Source: Candidatus Babelota bacterium | Lineage (GTDB): Bacteria > Babelota > Babeliae > Babelales > JAUPTZ01 | Direction of reading: 5' to 3' | DNA: 64,000 bases | Assembly (NCBI GenBank): GCA_030917815.1 | Contig: JAUPTZ010000005.1 | Location: 23,106-87,105 of the forward strand | Shown here: positions 1-8,275 of the stretch, one piece after another | How the letters are laid out: each line of letters begins with the position of its first letter | How positions within the stretch are numbered: the stretch's first letter is position 1 | Notes under the pieces: generated by a model | Database searches by the model: none | What the model was told of the DNA's origin: nothing | The model's input: only the letters and a program-made list of their open reading frames with translations | Program-made: the position numbers and the translations under genes

Positions 1-211
1 CCTGCGTCACCAACCAACCTGATTTTAATGAATTCTGCGCCTCTGCTGAAATGCGAGGTGCTTCTGCGGTTGAACCGTTAAAAAAGAGTACGATGTCTTG
101 AATAAATGTTTCGGGATCTGGTTGCGCTACGTAACGATCAGATGCACCTAATGACTGAAAACCAAGCACCGCGACAACAAACAGCATGCCATTGGACAAA
201 AATGTACGCAT
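1..211 (-). CDS. N-terminal fragment of a secreted hypothetical protein (gene continues past the left edge)
   Basis: ATG at 211-209 is preceded by GAGGGGG. The translation MRTFLSNGMLFVVAVLGFQSLGASD... looks like a signal peptide, and the frame stays open to position 2. Confidence 0.4.
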   Translation of the reverse strand, partial: MRTFLSNGMLFVVAVLGFQSLGASDRYVAQPDPETFIQDIVLFFNGSTAEAPRISAEAQNSLKSGWLVTQ

Positions 212-283
212 AATTCCCCCTCAACCTACAATAAAGCCGGGATACGGTACACAGGGAGAAATGAAAAGTCAAAAAATACGCGC

Positions 284-1726
284 TTACTCCTGCAACAGAA
301 ACGCCGTATTCTCCGGCTTCGCGACCAAGGCCACGAGATCGACGATCTCTCTTCGGCCATGTATGCCAGACATCAAGATCGCACGCCCCTCGGAAAGCTT
401 AGGCTTGGTTTCGGCAAAGTCAAGTTGCGCCCCCTTGGGGTCGAAAAGATGTTGTTCTGCCCTAGTGCCCAAGCAATAATAGCATTTCGCATTAACACTA
501 AACTTCGTAAGCTCAACAGCTTCTCCATCCGGTGTAAGATTCAAAAGTTGTTGTCCAAGATCACTGCCATTAGAAACAAGTTCTGCAATATATGAAAGGT
601 TCGGTGAGGAAACGGTAAATGGAACAGCCAAGTCAACGGGCCTGGGAACTGATAGAGTGCACAGGCGACCATTAATTTCTCGTAGTACGGGCCACACATC
701 GGTACAAGATACTCTTATAAATCTTGGGTCATCCGGATGTACCAGAACCCTATCGGGAAACATCGCTCGCAAGTCATCCAGCAGCGCGCCTTGTACCACC
801 CCTCCGTCAGCCTCTAGCAGCAAAGCCCTAACCGGCGGCACAGGAGCTCTTGGTGTTTCTACCGGATTAGTCAACACCGCTGCCGGCACGATTGGAACAA
901 CAGGGTCAGGACGTTGCTTCCATTTACCATTCAAGCGATCGGTTAAGTCCTGAGGGCCTCCTTGTGTATTACACAACCTCGCATAAGGCTTGACCGACTT
1001 ATCGGTCAATAACTCCTCTTGCCGAGTTTTATTAAGCAACACGCCATCAGCGCCAAGTACATAGAGCTTTCCACGATTCTCAAGAGCAAAGTATTGCTCT
1101 GTGCCGCTACTTCTAAAAAGGAACAACCGCGCACTATCATCAAGACCATCGGGAAAACTTTTTTCAACAAACGGCTTAATCGCATCTATATAATGGCCAG
1201 ACTCATCTTGATACTCGAACCTGACATACCTACCAAATCCGGTTCTTTGAATAATAGAATCAAACGCTTTTGCTATTGCATGATCTACCGCGGGCGCCAC
1301 TAAATCACCATAAACGAGAGGCTTTGTGCCCTCGCCGATCGTACCAACCTCACGACAATTTTCAGAATTTGAACCGGTGATTGACGTTACCCCCGTAGAG
1401 TCAACTGCATTGCCAAACCAAGAACCATGCTTATATCGCCATAATGCCGCCAGCACTGCGGCCAGCGCAACAGCCGAACCACCCTTAAGAAGGAGGCTGA
1501 GGCGGTCAGCAGATAATACGCGATTTCCAAAGGCAGTGATTACCTCTCTATCGGCTAATTCAACCGCAGTATTTTTTGCCAATCTTTCTAAGAATCTCTT
1601 GATTGATGCGACCAAACTCTTCGAGATTTTACGAGATAACCGTGCCCAATTAAAAGTTGCGGTAAATGGCTGCACGAGATCGGGATAACGCTCCTCCATC
1701 ATAGAAATAATCGCTTCATATTGCAC
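284..1726 (-). CDS. hypothetical membrane-anchored protein (480 aa)
   Basis: Long ORF with a GTG start at 1726 and AGGAG 6 nt upstream. It has one hydrophobic segment (GGSAVALAAVLAALW). I recognise no family. Confidence 0.6.
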   Translation of the reverse strand: MQYEAIISMMEERYPDLVQPFTATFNWARLSRKISKSLVASIKRFLERLAKNTAVELADREVITAFGNRVLSADRLSLLLKGGSAVALAAVLAALWRYKHGSWFGNAVDSTGVTSITGSNSENCREVGTIGEGTKPLVYGDLVAPAVDHAIAKAFDSIIQRTGFGRYVRFEYQDESGHYIDAIKPFVEKSFPDGLDDSARLFLFRSSGTEQYFALENRGKLYVLGADGVLLNKTRQEELLTDKSVKPYARLCNTQGGPQDLTDRLNGKWKQRPDPVVPIVPAAVLTNPVETPRAPVPPVRALLLEADGGVVQGALLDDLRAMFPDRVLVHPDDPRFIRVSCTDVWPVLREINGRLCTLSVPRPVDLAVPFTVSSPNLSYIAELVSNGSDLGQQLLNLTPDGEAVELTKFSVNAKCYYCLGTRAEQHLFDPKGAQLDFAETKPKLSEGRAILMSGIHGRREIVDLVALVAKPENTAFLLQE

Positions 1727-1853
1727 ACGGAGCTCCTACTTTTCAGCCAATAGCGACCCGGCATTCACCTGTACCGCCGCATGCATAGGTATTACAATTA
1801 CCAACAGGCTCAACAGCAGTACATTTTTAGAAAAAACCACGGCACTCCACTCC

Positions 1854-2582
1854 CTAGAAAACAATTCTTCGGCACTCAACGCCATTAGTCGTCACAAGCG
1901 TTTCAACCTTCTGTGGCGCGGTATGCTGCCGCCACGTTATAGATTCAATAGCACCTTTAACCGAACCACGCACTAATGACTCGCCGTCATCGTTCAAGAA
2001 AATAGTTGGAAGTACCCCATCAACCACCGCCGTATTCGTAGCTAAATGGGCAGTATCGGCCACCTCGTAAACATTCTGGTTGCTCATTAAGACCACCAAG
2101 CATTTATCGGGCACACAGCTATCTTCCTCGATCGGCTGATGCGTGATGATCCAATAATATCTTTTTTCATTAGGGTCCCATTCGCGATCTAGTTTATACC
2201 AAGAGCATTTTTCTAATTTCTTCATCTTAATCCCGGCAATGGTATGCCCCTGCTCAAAATCAAGGTCTATCCGTTTACAAATCATCAAAGAAAAGTTGTC
2301 GAGACGCCCTGCCGCAACATCTTCGGCCGAGAGGGTGATGGTATAATCGCCGGACGAGTTTGAGTGAAGCACATTACCGTCAAAATAAAGCGTGAAAGAA
2401 GGAACCGGCTCGCCTTCTCGGCCCTTGATAACAAATTCACCCATCAGGCGTACCGGCTTCGCCTCAAGCACCGGTTCACTGCCTAACGCAGGCACATTAA
2501 CCCGAGCATCTGCATTAACCAGGGAGAGAAACATAAAAGAAAAAATCAATAAAATGAACATCACGACCCCCATAAAAACCAA
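1854..2582 (-). CDS. secreted hypothetical protein (242 aa)
   Basis: ORF with an N-terminal signal-like segment (VVMFILLIFSFMFLSLVNADA). I recognise no family. Confidence 0.55.
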   Translation of the reverse strand: MVFMGVVMFILLIFSFMFLSLVNADARVNVPALGSEPVLEAKPVRLMGEFVIKGREGEPVPSFTLYFDGNVLHSNSSGDYTITLSAEDVAAGRLDNFSLMICKRIDLDFEQGHTIAGIKMKKLEKCSWYKLDREWDPNEKRYYWIITHQPIEEDSCVPDKCLVVLMSNQNVYEVADTAHLATNTAVVDGVLPTIFLNDDGESLVRGSVKGAIESITWRQHTAPQKVETLVTTNGVECRRIVF

Positions 2583-2766
2583 GTTATTATCATTATTCTA
2601 AGGCTACATGAGAATAATGAGTGGCGCAAGAATACCTGGAAAAAGCAGGAATATCTTTGCTTTTCATGCAACCCAGCTACGCACTGCCCCCCTCAATCAA
2701 GAAGCGGCGCCATTCATCATTTATAGGACTGTGCTACACCGAACCATACCGCCGCACCAACAATCA

Positions 2767-2775
2767 TGGTATACT
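2767..2775 (+). promoter_or_regulatory. candidate extended -10 promoter element (TGgTATACT) upstream of smpB
   Basis: TGGTATACT lies 47 nt upstream of the smpB ATG. There is no good -35, which an extended -10 can tolerate. Confidence 0.3.
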
Positions 2776-2821
2776 GCCCTATAGTAGTAAGCCTTTTTAA
2801 AACCTTTAGTCCTGAGTAATC

Positions 2822-3274
2822 ATGAAAAAACTCATCGCAGACAACAAGCGCGCCCGTTTCGACTACCATATCCTTGAAACCTTTGAGGCCGGCATTGTAT
2901 TGACCGGCGACGAGGTGAAGTCACTCCGGGCCGGCAACAGCAACTTAAGCGATTCATACGCCACTGCGCATGACGGCAAAATGCAACTCTTGAACTGTTA
3001 CATTGGGCCCTACTCACATGCCTACGCCAAAGATGACACGGCACGTCGTAGCCGCGCCCTCCTTCTTCACCGAAAAGAAATCAATAAATTAATCGGTGCC
3101 ATTTCCCGTAAAGGGCTCACCGTTGTGCCGCTGAAAATCTATTTTTCAAATCGCGGATATGTAAAAGTAGAATTGGGCCTTGCCCAGCACAAAAACAGCG
3201 TTGATAAACGACAAACCATTAAAGAACGTGACATTGCACGCGAAACTCATCGAGCTCTTAGAGGTCGGGAGTAG
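2822..3274 (+). CDS. smpB: SsrA-binding protein SmpB
   Basis: 150 aa. [31 protein letters not shown] and the rest of the protein line up with E. coli SmpB as I recall it ([31 protein letters not shown]). Confidence 0.95.
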   Translation: [150 protein letters not shown]

Positions 3275-4280
3275 GCGGCAGCTTTTTCAATGCCTCAACA
3301 CGATCGGCATGGCTTGGATGAGTACAACGCCACGATGAATAACGATAGTTATATTCTGCATAGTGGTCAGCCATACTTACCATAGGGCTTAGGCGCGCAA
3401 TAAAAGCAGCCCTAGCCGCTGCGGGAAGCTCATCAAACCTTGATGATTCAAGAAGATATATGGCGGCCTGAGCACTTCTCCGTATCAGCGCAGCCTCTTT
3501 TATACGATCGCCTTCAAAATTACGTATACCACCATCACGAGCGTATTTTGCCGCAACTCTATCGGCCGCTCGTTCAAAAGTACGCGATACATACATGGCC
3601 AAGGCGTATGACCCCACGGCAAGGCCAGAGACAATCGATGCTGCGGCGAGAACTCTGGTAAGCTTAGGCACATCAACATGATACGGCGGCCCCAAAACTC
3701 GTCTCAAAACCTCAATTGATGTCACTCCGGCAGCACCAAGGGCTAAGCCAGGCAGAAGATGTCGCTTGCTTAGTTTTGAATGACCAAGCTTCAAATGAGC
3801 AATCTCGTGCCCTATGGTAAACCTCAACTCTTCTTCCGGCCTTCGTATATCCTCAAACGACAAATACATAACCGGCTTGTTTACAGCAATATGAAACATT
3901 TGAGCACCATACGGAACAATTACCAGAAGCGGCATCTCAGATATCCCTTCTTGTGCGGCAATTTCTTTAACCAGCCCGTATAATCGAGGCATGTCCGATT
4001 CATGCACAAAATAGACAAACCTGCGTAACACTTCACTCATGAATTGTCGCTCATACGGCATATACAAAAAATCTAAGAGGTGCGACCGTGATTGGCCAAA
4101 TTTAAGACAGAGCTCGGCATCAACCACTATGCGCCGGGCCGAAAAGGTCAATGCTTCGCCATAATTCTTTCCAACTTCTGTCGCATCAAAATCCAGCAGC
4201 TCCTGATAAAATACCGAAGATGAAAAAGCTGTAAGCACACTCCACACAAAAACGATCCCTAAAAATAAAGCATTTTTCAT
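3258..4280 (-). CDS. exported M48/HtpX-like zinc metalloprotease, active-site motifs intact
   Basis: Signal peptide, then an HExxH motif (TIGHEIAHLKLGH), two hydrophobic segments, and a downstream Glu motif (RTFERAADR) as in the HtpX/Ste24 family. Confidence 0.7.
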   Translation of the reverse strand: MKNALFLGIVFVWSVLTAFSSSVFYQELLDFDATEVGKNYGEALTFSARRIVVDAELCLKFGQSRSHLLDFLYMPYERQFMSEVLRRFVYFVHESDMPRLYGLVKEIAAQEGISEMPLLVIVPYGAQMFHIAVNKPVMYLSFEDIRRPEEELRFTIGHEIAHLKLGHSKLSKRHLLPGLALGAAGVTSIEVLRRVLGPPYHVDVPKLTRVLAAASIVSGLAVGSYALAMYVSRTFERAADRVAAKYARDGGIRNFEGDRIKEAALIRRSAQAAIYLLESSRFDELPAAARAAFIARLSPMVSMADHYAEYNYRYSSWRCTHPSHADRVEALKKLPPTPDL

Positions 4281-5329
4281 GCATGCTGGCCTTGTTTCAT
4301 AATTACTTGCGTAAAATATGCTCGTCGCTTGGCAAGTGACTGATGCGTACCAAAAATACCAAGATCCAGCACTTCCGCATTGCGCGCAGCACTATAAGCC
4401 TTCTCCATAACCCCAACTATCTCCTGTGTTTTTATCGCATCATGCGTCGGCAGATGAGGCAATGTCACGATAATGTCACGAGCAACTTCCAAATCACCTC
4501 CTAAGTTTTCCTTGTAGCACCGCTCAAGTGTGTCTATCATCGCAAGCCCATCGCGGGGATTTATCGCAGCAACGGCCTGATCGGCCATTTGTTCATAATA
4601 GCGCGACAAAGCACACCAATAAGCCGATGCCGCAACCCCAAACGTGCCTAACATTGCCAGGCATCCAATCCCCCGAATTAACGATATTGAATGGTCAGCA
4701 CCACGTATTTTGCTCAGCGCATACAGCGTTACCGCGAGACCGACTACAAACGCCGGCGCAAAAAATTTAGTGGTTTGCGCTTGATACCGTAAGGCAATAA
4801 GGCTCATTTGATGGGATAAAATACCACAAAACTGTTCGGCCGTTGTTTCTTCAAATGCCCCACGGCTCAGAACGACAAACCCGCTGGCGGTAGCCCAACA
4901 GGCGGCCGTTGCATCAACTAATTTTCGATCATCAACCAATAACAGCAACGGTACTGCAATATTAAGCTTTTGCGCACACTCACTGGCAATGGCATAAAGT
5001 TGTGGTAACTCTGCTTTGGGCAAGACGTAACAACGATCGGCAAAGGAGGCTATCTCATTTTCCATAAAGATATAGCCTAGCGTATCACGCCACCGAGCCG
5101 AGCGATGTTGCGTTTCGCCTAAATAATCATGCCATTGTGCAAGCCGAAGCATTCCTAATGCCATACCACTTCCCAGCCGTGCCGTACGGCCTAAAATCGT
5201 TTGTTCAGATGAAATGGCAAGGAAGAGTTCTTCAGAATAGATGTTCGCAGTTGATGGTGTAGAAAAAGCAACACCACATACCAAAGAATAGCCTATGGCA
5301 ATAAGAAACAGGTTTTTCATAATGATCAT
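4277..5329 (-). CDS. M48/HtpX-like paralog with a degenerate metal site (likely pseudo-protease)
   Basis: Same layout as the neighbouring gene, but SHQMS replaces HExxH. The YYEQMADQ motif is kept. The stop overlaps the downstream start by 4 nt. Confidence 0.55.
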   Translation of the reverse strand: MIIMKNLFLIAIGYSLVCGVAFSTPSTANIYSEELFLAISSEQTILGRTARLGSGMALGMLRLAQWHDYLGETQHRSARWRDTLGYIFMENEIASFADRCYVLPKAELPQLYAIASECAQKLNIAVPLLLLVDDRKLVDATAACWATASGFVVLSRGAFEETTAEQFCGILSHQMSLIALRYQAQTTKFFAPAFVVGLAVTLYALSKIRGADHSISLIRGIGCLAMLGTFGVAASAYWCALSRYYEQMADQAVAAINPRDGLAMIDTLERCYKENLGGDLEVARDIIVTLPHLPTHDAIKTQEIVGVMEKAYSAARNAEVLDLGIFGTHQSLAKRRAYFTQVIMKQGQHA

Positions 5330-5341
5330 CCTATTAAGGAA

Positions 5342-7534
5342 TTATAGCGGCAACGCACCGGTGAGAAATTGCTGCAAAAACGTAAGCCGTTGATTGCCTT
5401 TTACATTACGCACTCCCATAGCAATAGCACGGGTTTGGCCAACAAGTACACAAAGTTTTTTTGCTCGCGTAATAGCGGTGTAAATAAGATTACGCTGCAA
5501 CAACATAAAATGCTGTACAAAGAGAGGGATCACCACCACATCAAATTCAGATCCTTGCGACTTGTGGACCGAAATAGCATAAGCCAGCACAATTTCACCA
5601 AGTTCAAGGTATTGATACACCAATGCCCGCTCACCAAATGTTATCGTAATCTCTTGGTCCTCTACGTTGATAGCAGTAATAAATCCAATATCACCATTAA
5701 AGACAAACTTGTCATAGTTATTGCGAACCTGCATCACACGATCATTCACCCGAAACTCTTGCCCAAAGCGAGTGACCGTGGGACCCTTGGCGCCTTCACT
5801 ATTGAGAATCATCTGAAGCTCTTGGTTAATCCGCTGCGTACCGGCAATACCACGATTCATAGGCGTCAAGATAACCGCTTGCTGCCAAACACAATGGTAT
5901 TGCTTGATTGTTGTTGCAAAAAATTTCCGTAGAAAGTCAAAGAGCTCTTCAGGCGCTTCTTGTTTGATGTACATAAAATCTTTTTTGCTCGTCTCCCATA
6001 TCCCCTTGCTCGACGGAAACTCACCATTATTTACCCGGTGGGCATTAACAATAATCAAGCTATCTTGTGCCTGCCGAAAAATATGCTTCAAACGGGTAAT
6101 ATTAACCACACCCGAGTTGATAAGATCGTGCAAAATATTTCCCGCACCAACCGATGGCAATTGGTCAACGTCGCCCAGCAGAACCAAATGGGCACGGTCA
6201 GGTAAGGCTTTCAACAATGAATGCATCAGGAAAACATCGATCATCGAAGCTTCATCCACCACCACAAAATCGGCTTGAATCGCATTTTGTTCGTTGCGCG
6301 TAAAGCCCATAGTTGCCGGTGAAAACTCAAGCATCCGATGGAGCGTTTCGGTCGAACGACCGGTTCCCTCAAACATCCGTTTTGCCGCCCTTCCGGTTGG
6401 CGCTGCAAGCTTTACGGTAACATGTTGCTGGTCAAGTACCTGCAGGAGTGATTTAAGCAGTGTTGTTTTACCGGTACCAGGACCACCGGTGATAATCGAC
6501 ACTTTATGCTTTAAGCACCCAATAACGCCAAGCTGCTGTTCATCATTAAGCTGCACACCAACCAATGGAACCGCACTCACCGTTTTATACGCAGCATCAA
6601 TGTCGAAAGAGAATTTTTGAGACATATTAGAAGAAAAAGCACGCAGTTTTTTGGCTATGCCAACCTCGGCATAATAGTACTGCGGTAATGTAGCATAATG
6701 CTGCCCCTCAAAGGTAACCACTCGAATCTTATTCGCCTCATACAGCGCCCGCATAGCCTGCTTAATCAATACTTCGTTCTGCTCATACGACAGCTCCAAT
6801 AACTCTGCTGCATGCGTTAACACATCGGCAACAACTTTATAAAGGTTGCCCTCATCAAGAGCCGTGCTTATAGAAAACACCACACCAGCTTGTATGCGAG
6901 GCATTGAATTTGGCACAAAGCCTAACTTGAGTGCCAAGGTATCGGCCGACTTAAAACCAACACCCCAAACATCTTCAATAAGCTTGTACGGATTCTTAGA
7001 AATTGTTTCGATTGATGTTGCGCCATACGCTTTATAAATCTTAGAAGCAAGCCCGGTCCCTACCCCTTTTTCCTGAAGGAAAACCATAACACGGGACACC
7101 TCTTTTTGTTCCTGCCAGGCCGCAACAATTTGCTCTATCCGTTTAGGGCCAACACCAGAAACCTCAGATAGTCGGTGCGGCGCTGTATCAATAATATCAA
7201 GCGTACGTTCGCCAAAGTGAGAAACCAGCTTACGTGCAAAAACCGGCCCAACCCCTTTAATCAAACCAGAGGCTAAATACTTTTCAATTCCATTAGCAGT
7301 TTGTGGGAGCTGGACACTGCATTTTGTGGCCGCAAACTGTTTCCCAAATTTGGGATTAAACTGCCAGGTACCCTCTAGCGAAACCCGTGTACCTTCATGC
7401 ACATCGGGAAAACAACCGGTAACCGTCACGGTCTCTTTAGCATTGACCGCCAACAGAAATACCATGTAGCCATTTTCATTATTTTTGAACAAACACTTTT
7501 GTACCGTCCCTACTAATTCCACTGTCCCCGTCAT
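5342..7534 (-). CDS. recD2: RecD2-like SF1B ATP-dependent DNA helicase
   Basis: 730 aa with Walker A GGPGTGKTT, motif II VVVDEASMID, a C-terminal SVHKSQGSEF motif, and an N-terminal OB/HhH-like region (SGVGPKR). Confidence 0.9.
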   Translation of the reverse strand: MTGTVELVGTVQKCLFKNNENGYMVFLLAVNAKETVTVTGCFPDVHEGTRVSLEGTWQFNPKFGKQFAATKCSVQLPQTANGIEKYLASGLIKGVGPVFARKLVSHFGERTLDIIDTAPHRLSEVSGVGPKRIEQIVAAWQEQKEVSRVMVFLQEKGVGTGLASKIYKAYGATSIETISKNPYKLIEDVWGVGFKSADTLALKLGFVPNSMPRIQAGVVFSISTALDEGNLYKVVADVLTHAAELLELSYEQNEVLIKQAMRALYEANKIRVVTFEGQHYATLPQYYYAEVGIAKKLRAFSSNMSQKFSFDIDAAYKTVSAVPLVGVQLNDEQQLGVIGCLKHKVSIITGGPGTGKTTLLKSLLQVLDQQHVTVKLAAPTGRAAKRMFEGTGRSTETLHRMLEFSPATMGFTRNEQNAIQADFVVVDEASMIDVFLMHSLLKALPDRAHLVLLGDVDQLPSVGAGNILHDLINSGVVNITRLKHIFRQAQDSLIIVNAHRVNNGEFPSSKGIWETSKKDFMYIKQEAPEELFDFLRKFFATTIKQYHCVWQQAVILTPMNRGIAGTQRINQELQMILNSEGAKGPTVTRFGQEFRVNDRVMQVRNNYDKFVFNGDIGFITAINVEDQEITITFGERALVYQYLELGEIVLAYAISVHKSQGSEFDVVVIPLFVQHFMLLQRNLIYTAITRAKKLCVLVGQTRAIAMGVRNVKGNQRLTFLQQFLTGALPL

Positions 7535-7539
7535 CTATA

Positions 7540-8274
7540 CTACGCCTTCCAAATGGCTACTAAGGCCTTAAATGAAACCGGAAACAACCGTTCCATTTCA
7601 ACCGCGATACCATGTGCAACTTCGCGCGTTTCTTTTTGAGTGTCCGGAGCCAATCGTAGTTTTGCTATTCGTGCAAACGCAGCCAATGAACCGGACCAAA
7701 TCCATTCGGTCATCATTCCCTGGGGCAAGATCAAACGCGCTTGCTCCGGCGCAACACCACCCGCAATTAACGCGTTATAAGCCTCAACCGCTTGTGTTGT
7801 AACCTGTGTATACATAGCAGCAACCGCCTCCTGACCAAGCGTCGGAACGCCATCGCTTCCCTGCTTTGCATTCACCGGCGCACCCCGCCAGGATTCAACC
7901 GCATAGACTTCCGGCTCATAGGAGACATACCGACGAGAAACTTCGTTCCAGCATAGCCCAACCGTACTCTTTGAAAGTTGACGAGCACAACCGATCGGCG
8001 CCTTTATACGAAACGAGGCAAATGCATGCCCAAAAGGGCTCCAGTGGTTGTGAGTTGCAAGATATTCAATCAATTTTTGGTCACGAACCGACAGGTTATT
8101 AAATTGCCCATCGATCCAAAGACTTTCCTTGGCAAAACTCACCCGGGCAGCATTAACAACTGAAAGGTCAGATCCCATATGATCAACAAGTTCTACTGAA
8201 ATTGGAGTGAATTGCAATGTGGTTTCTTCATTAACCATCACATTCTGAACAATAGGCTGAGATTGTGTACTCAT
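7540..8274 (-). CDS. thyX: ThyX-like flavin-dependent thymidylate synthase homolog (signature RHR not conserved)
   Basis: VELVDHMGSDLSVVNAARVSF and LIEYL...PFGH...KAP..ARQ...NEVSRRY align with T. maritima ThyX as recalled. The RHR triad position instead reads SKST. Confidence 0.7.
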   Translation of the reverse strand: MSTQSQPIVQNVMVNEETTLQFTPISVELVDHMGSDLSVVNAARVSFAKESLWIDGQFNNLSVRDQKLIEYLATHNHWSPFGHAFASFRIKAPIGCARQLSKSTVGLCWNEVSRRYVSYEPEVYAVESWRGAPVNAKQGSDGVPTLGQEAVAAMYTQVTTQAVEAYNALIAGGVAPEQARLILPQGMMTEWIWSGSLAAFARIAKLRLAPDTQKETREVAHGIAVEMERLFPVSFKALVAIWKA

Positions 8275-8275
8275 A

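Noticed and set aside
1736-1738. Possibility that TAG is reassigned or read through genome-wide
   Set aside because: smpB (3272-3274) and nusA (54463-54465) both end at TAG at the expected protein lengths, so TAG functions as a normal stop codon.
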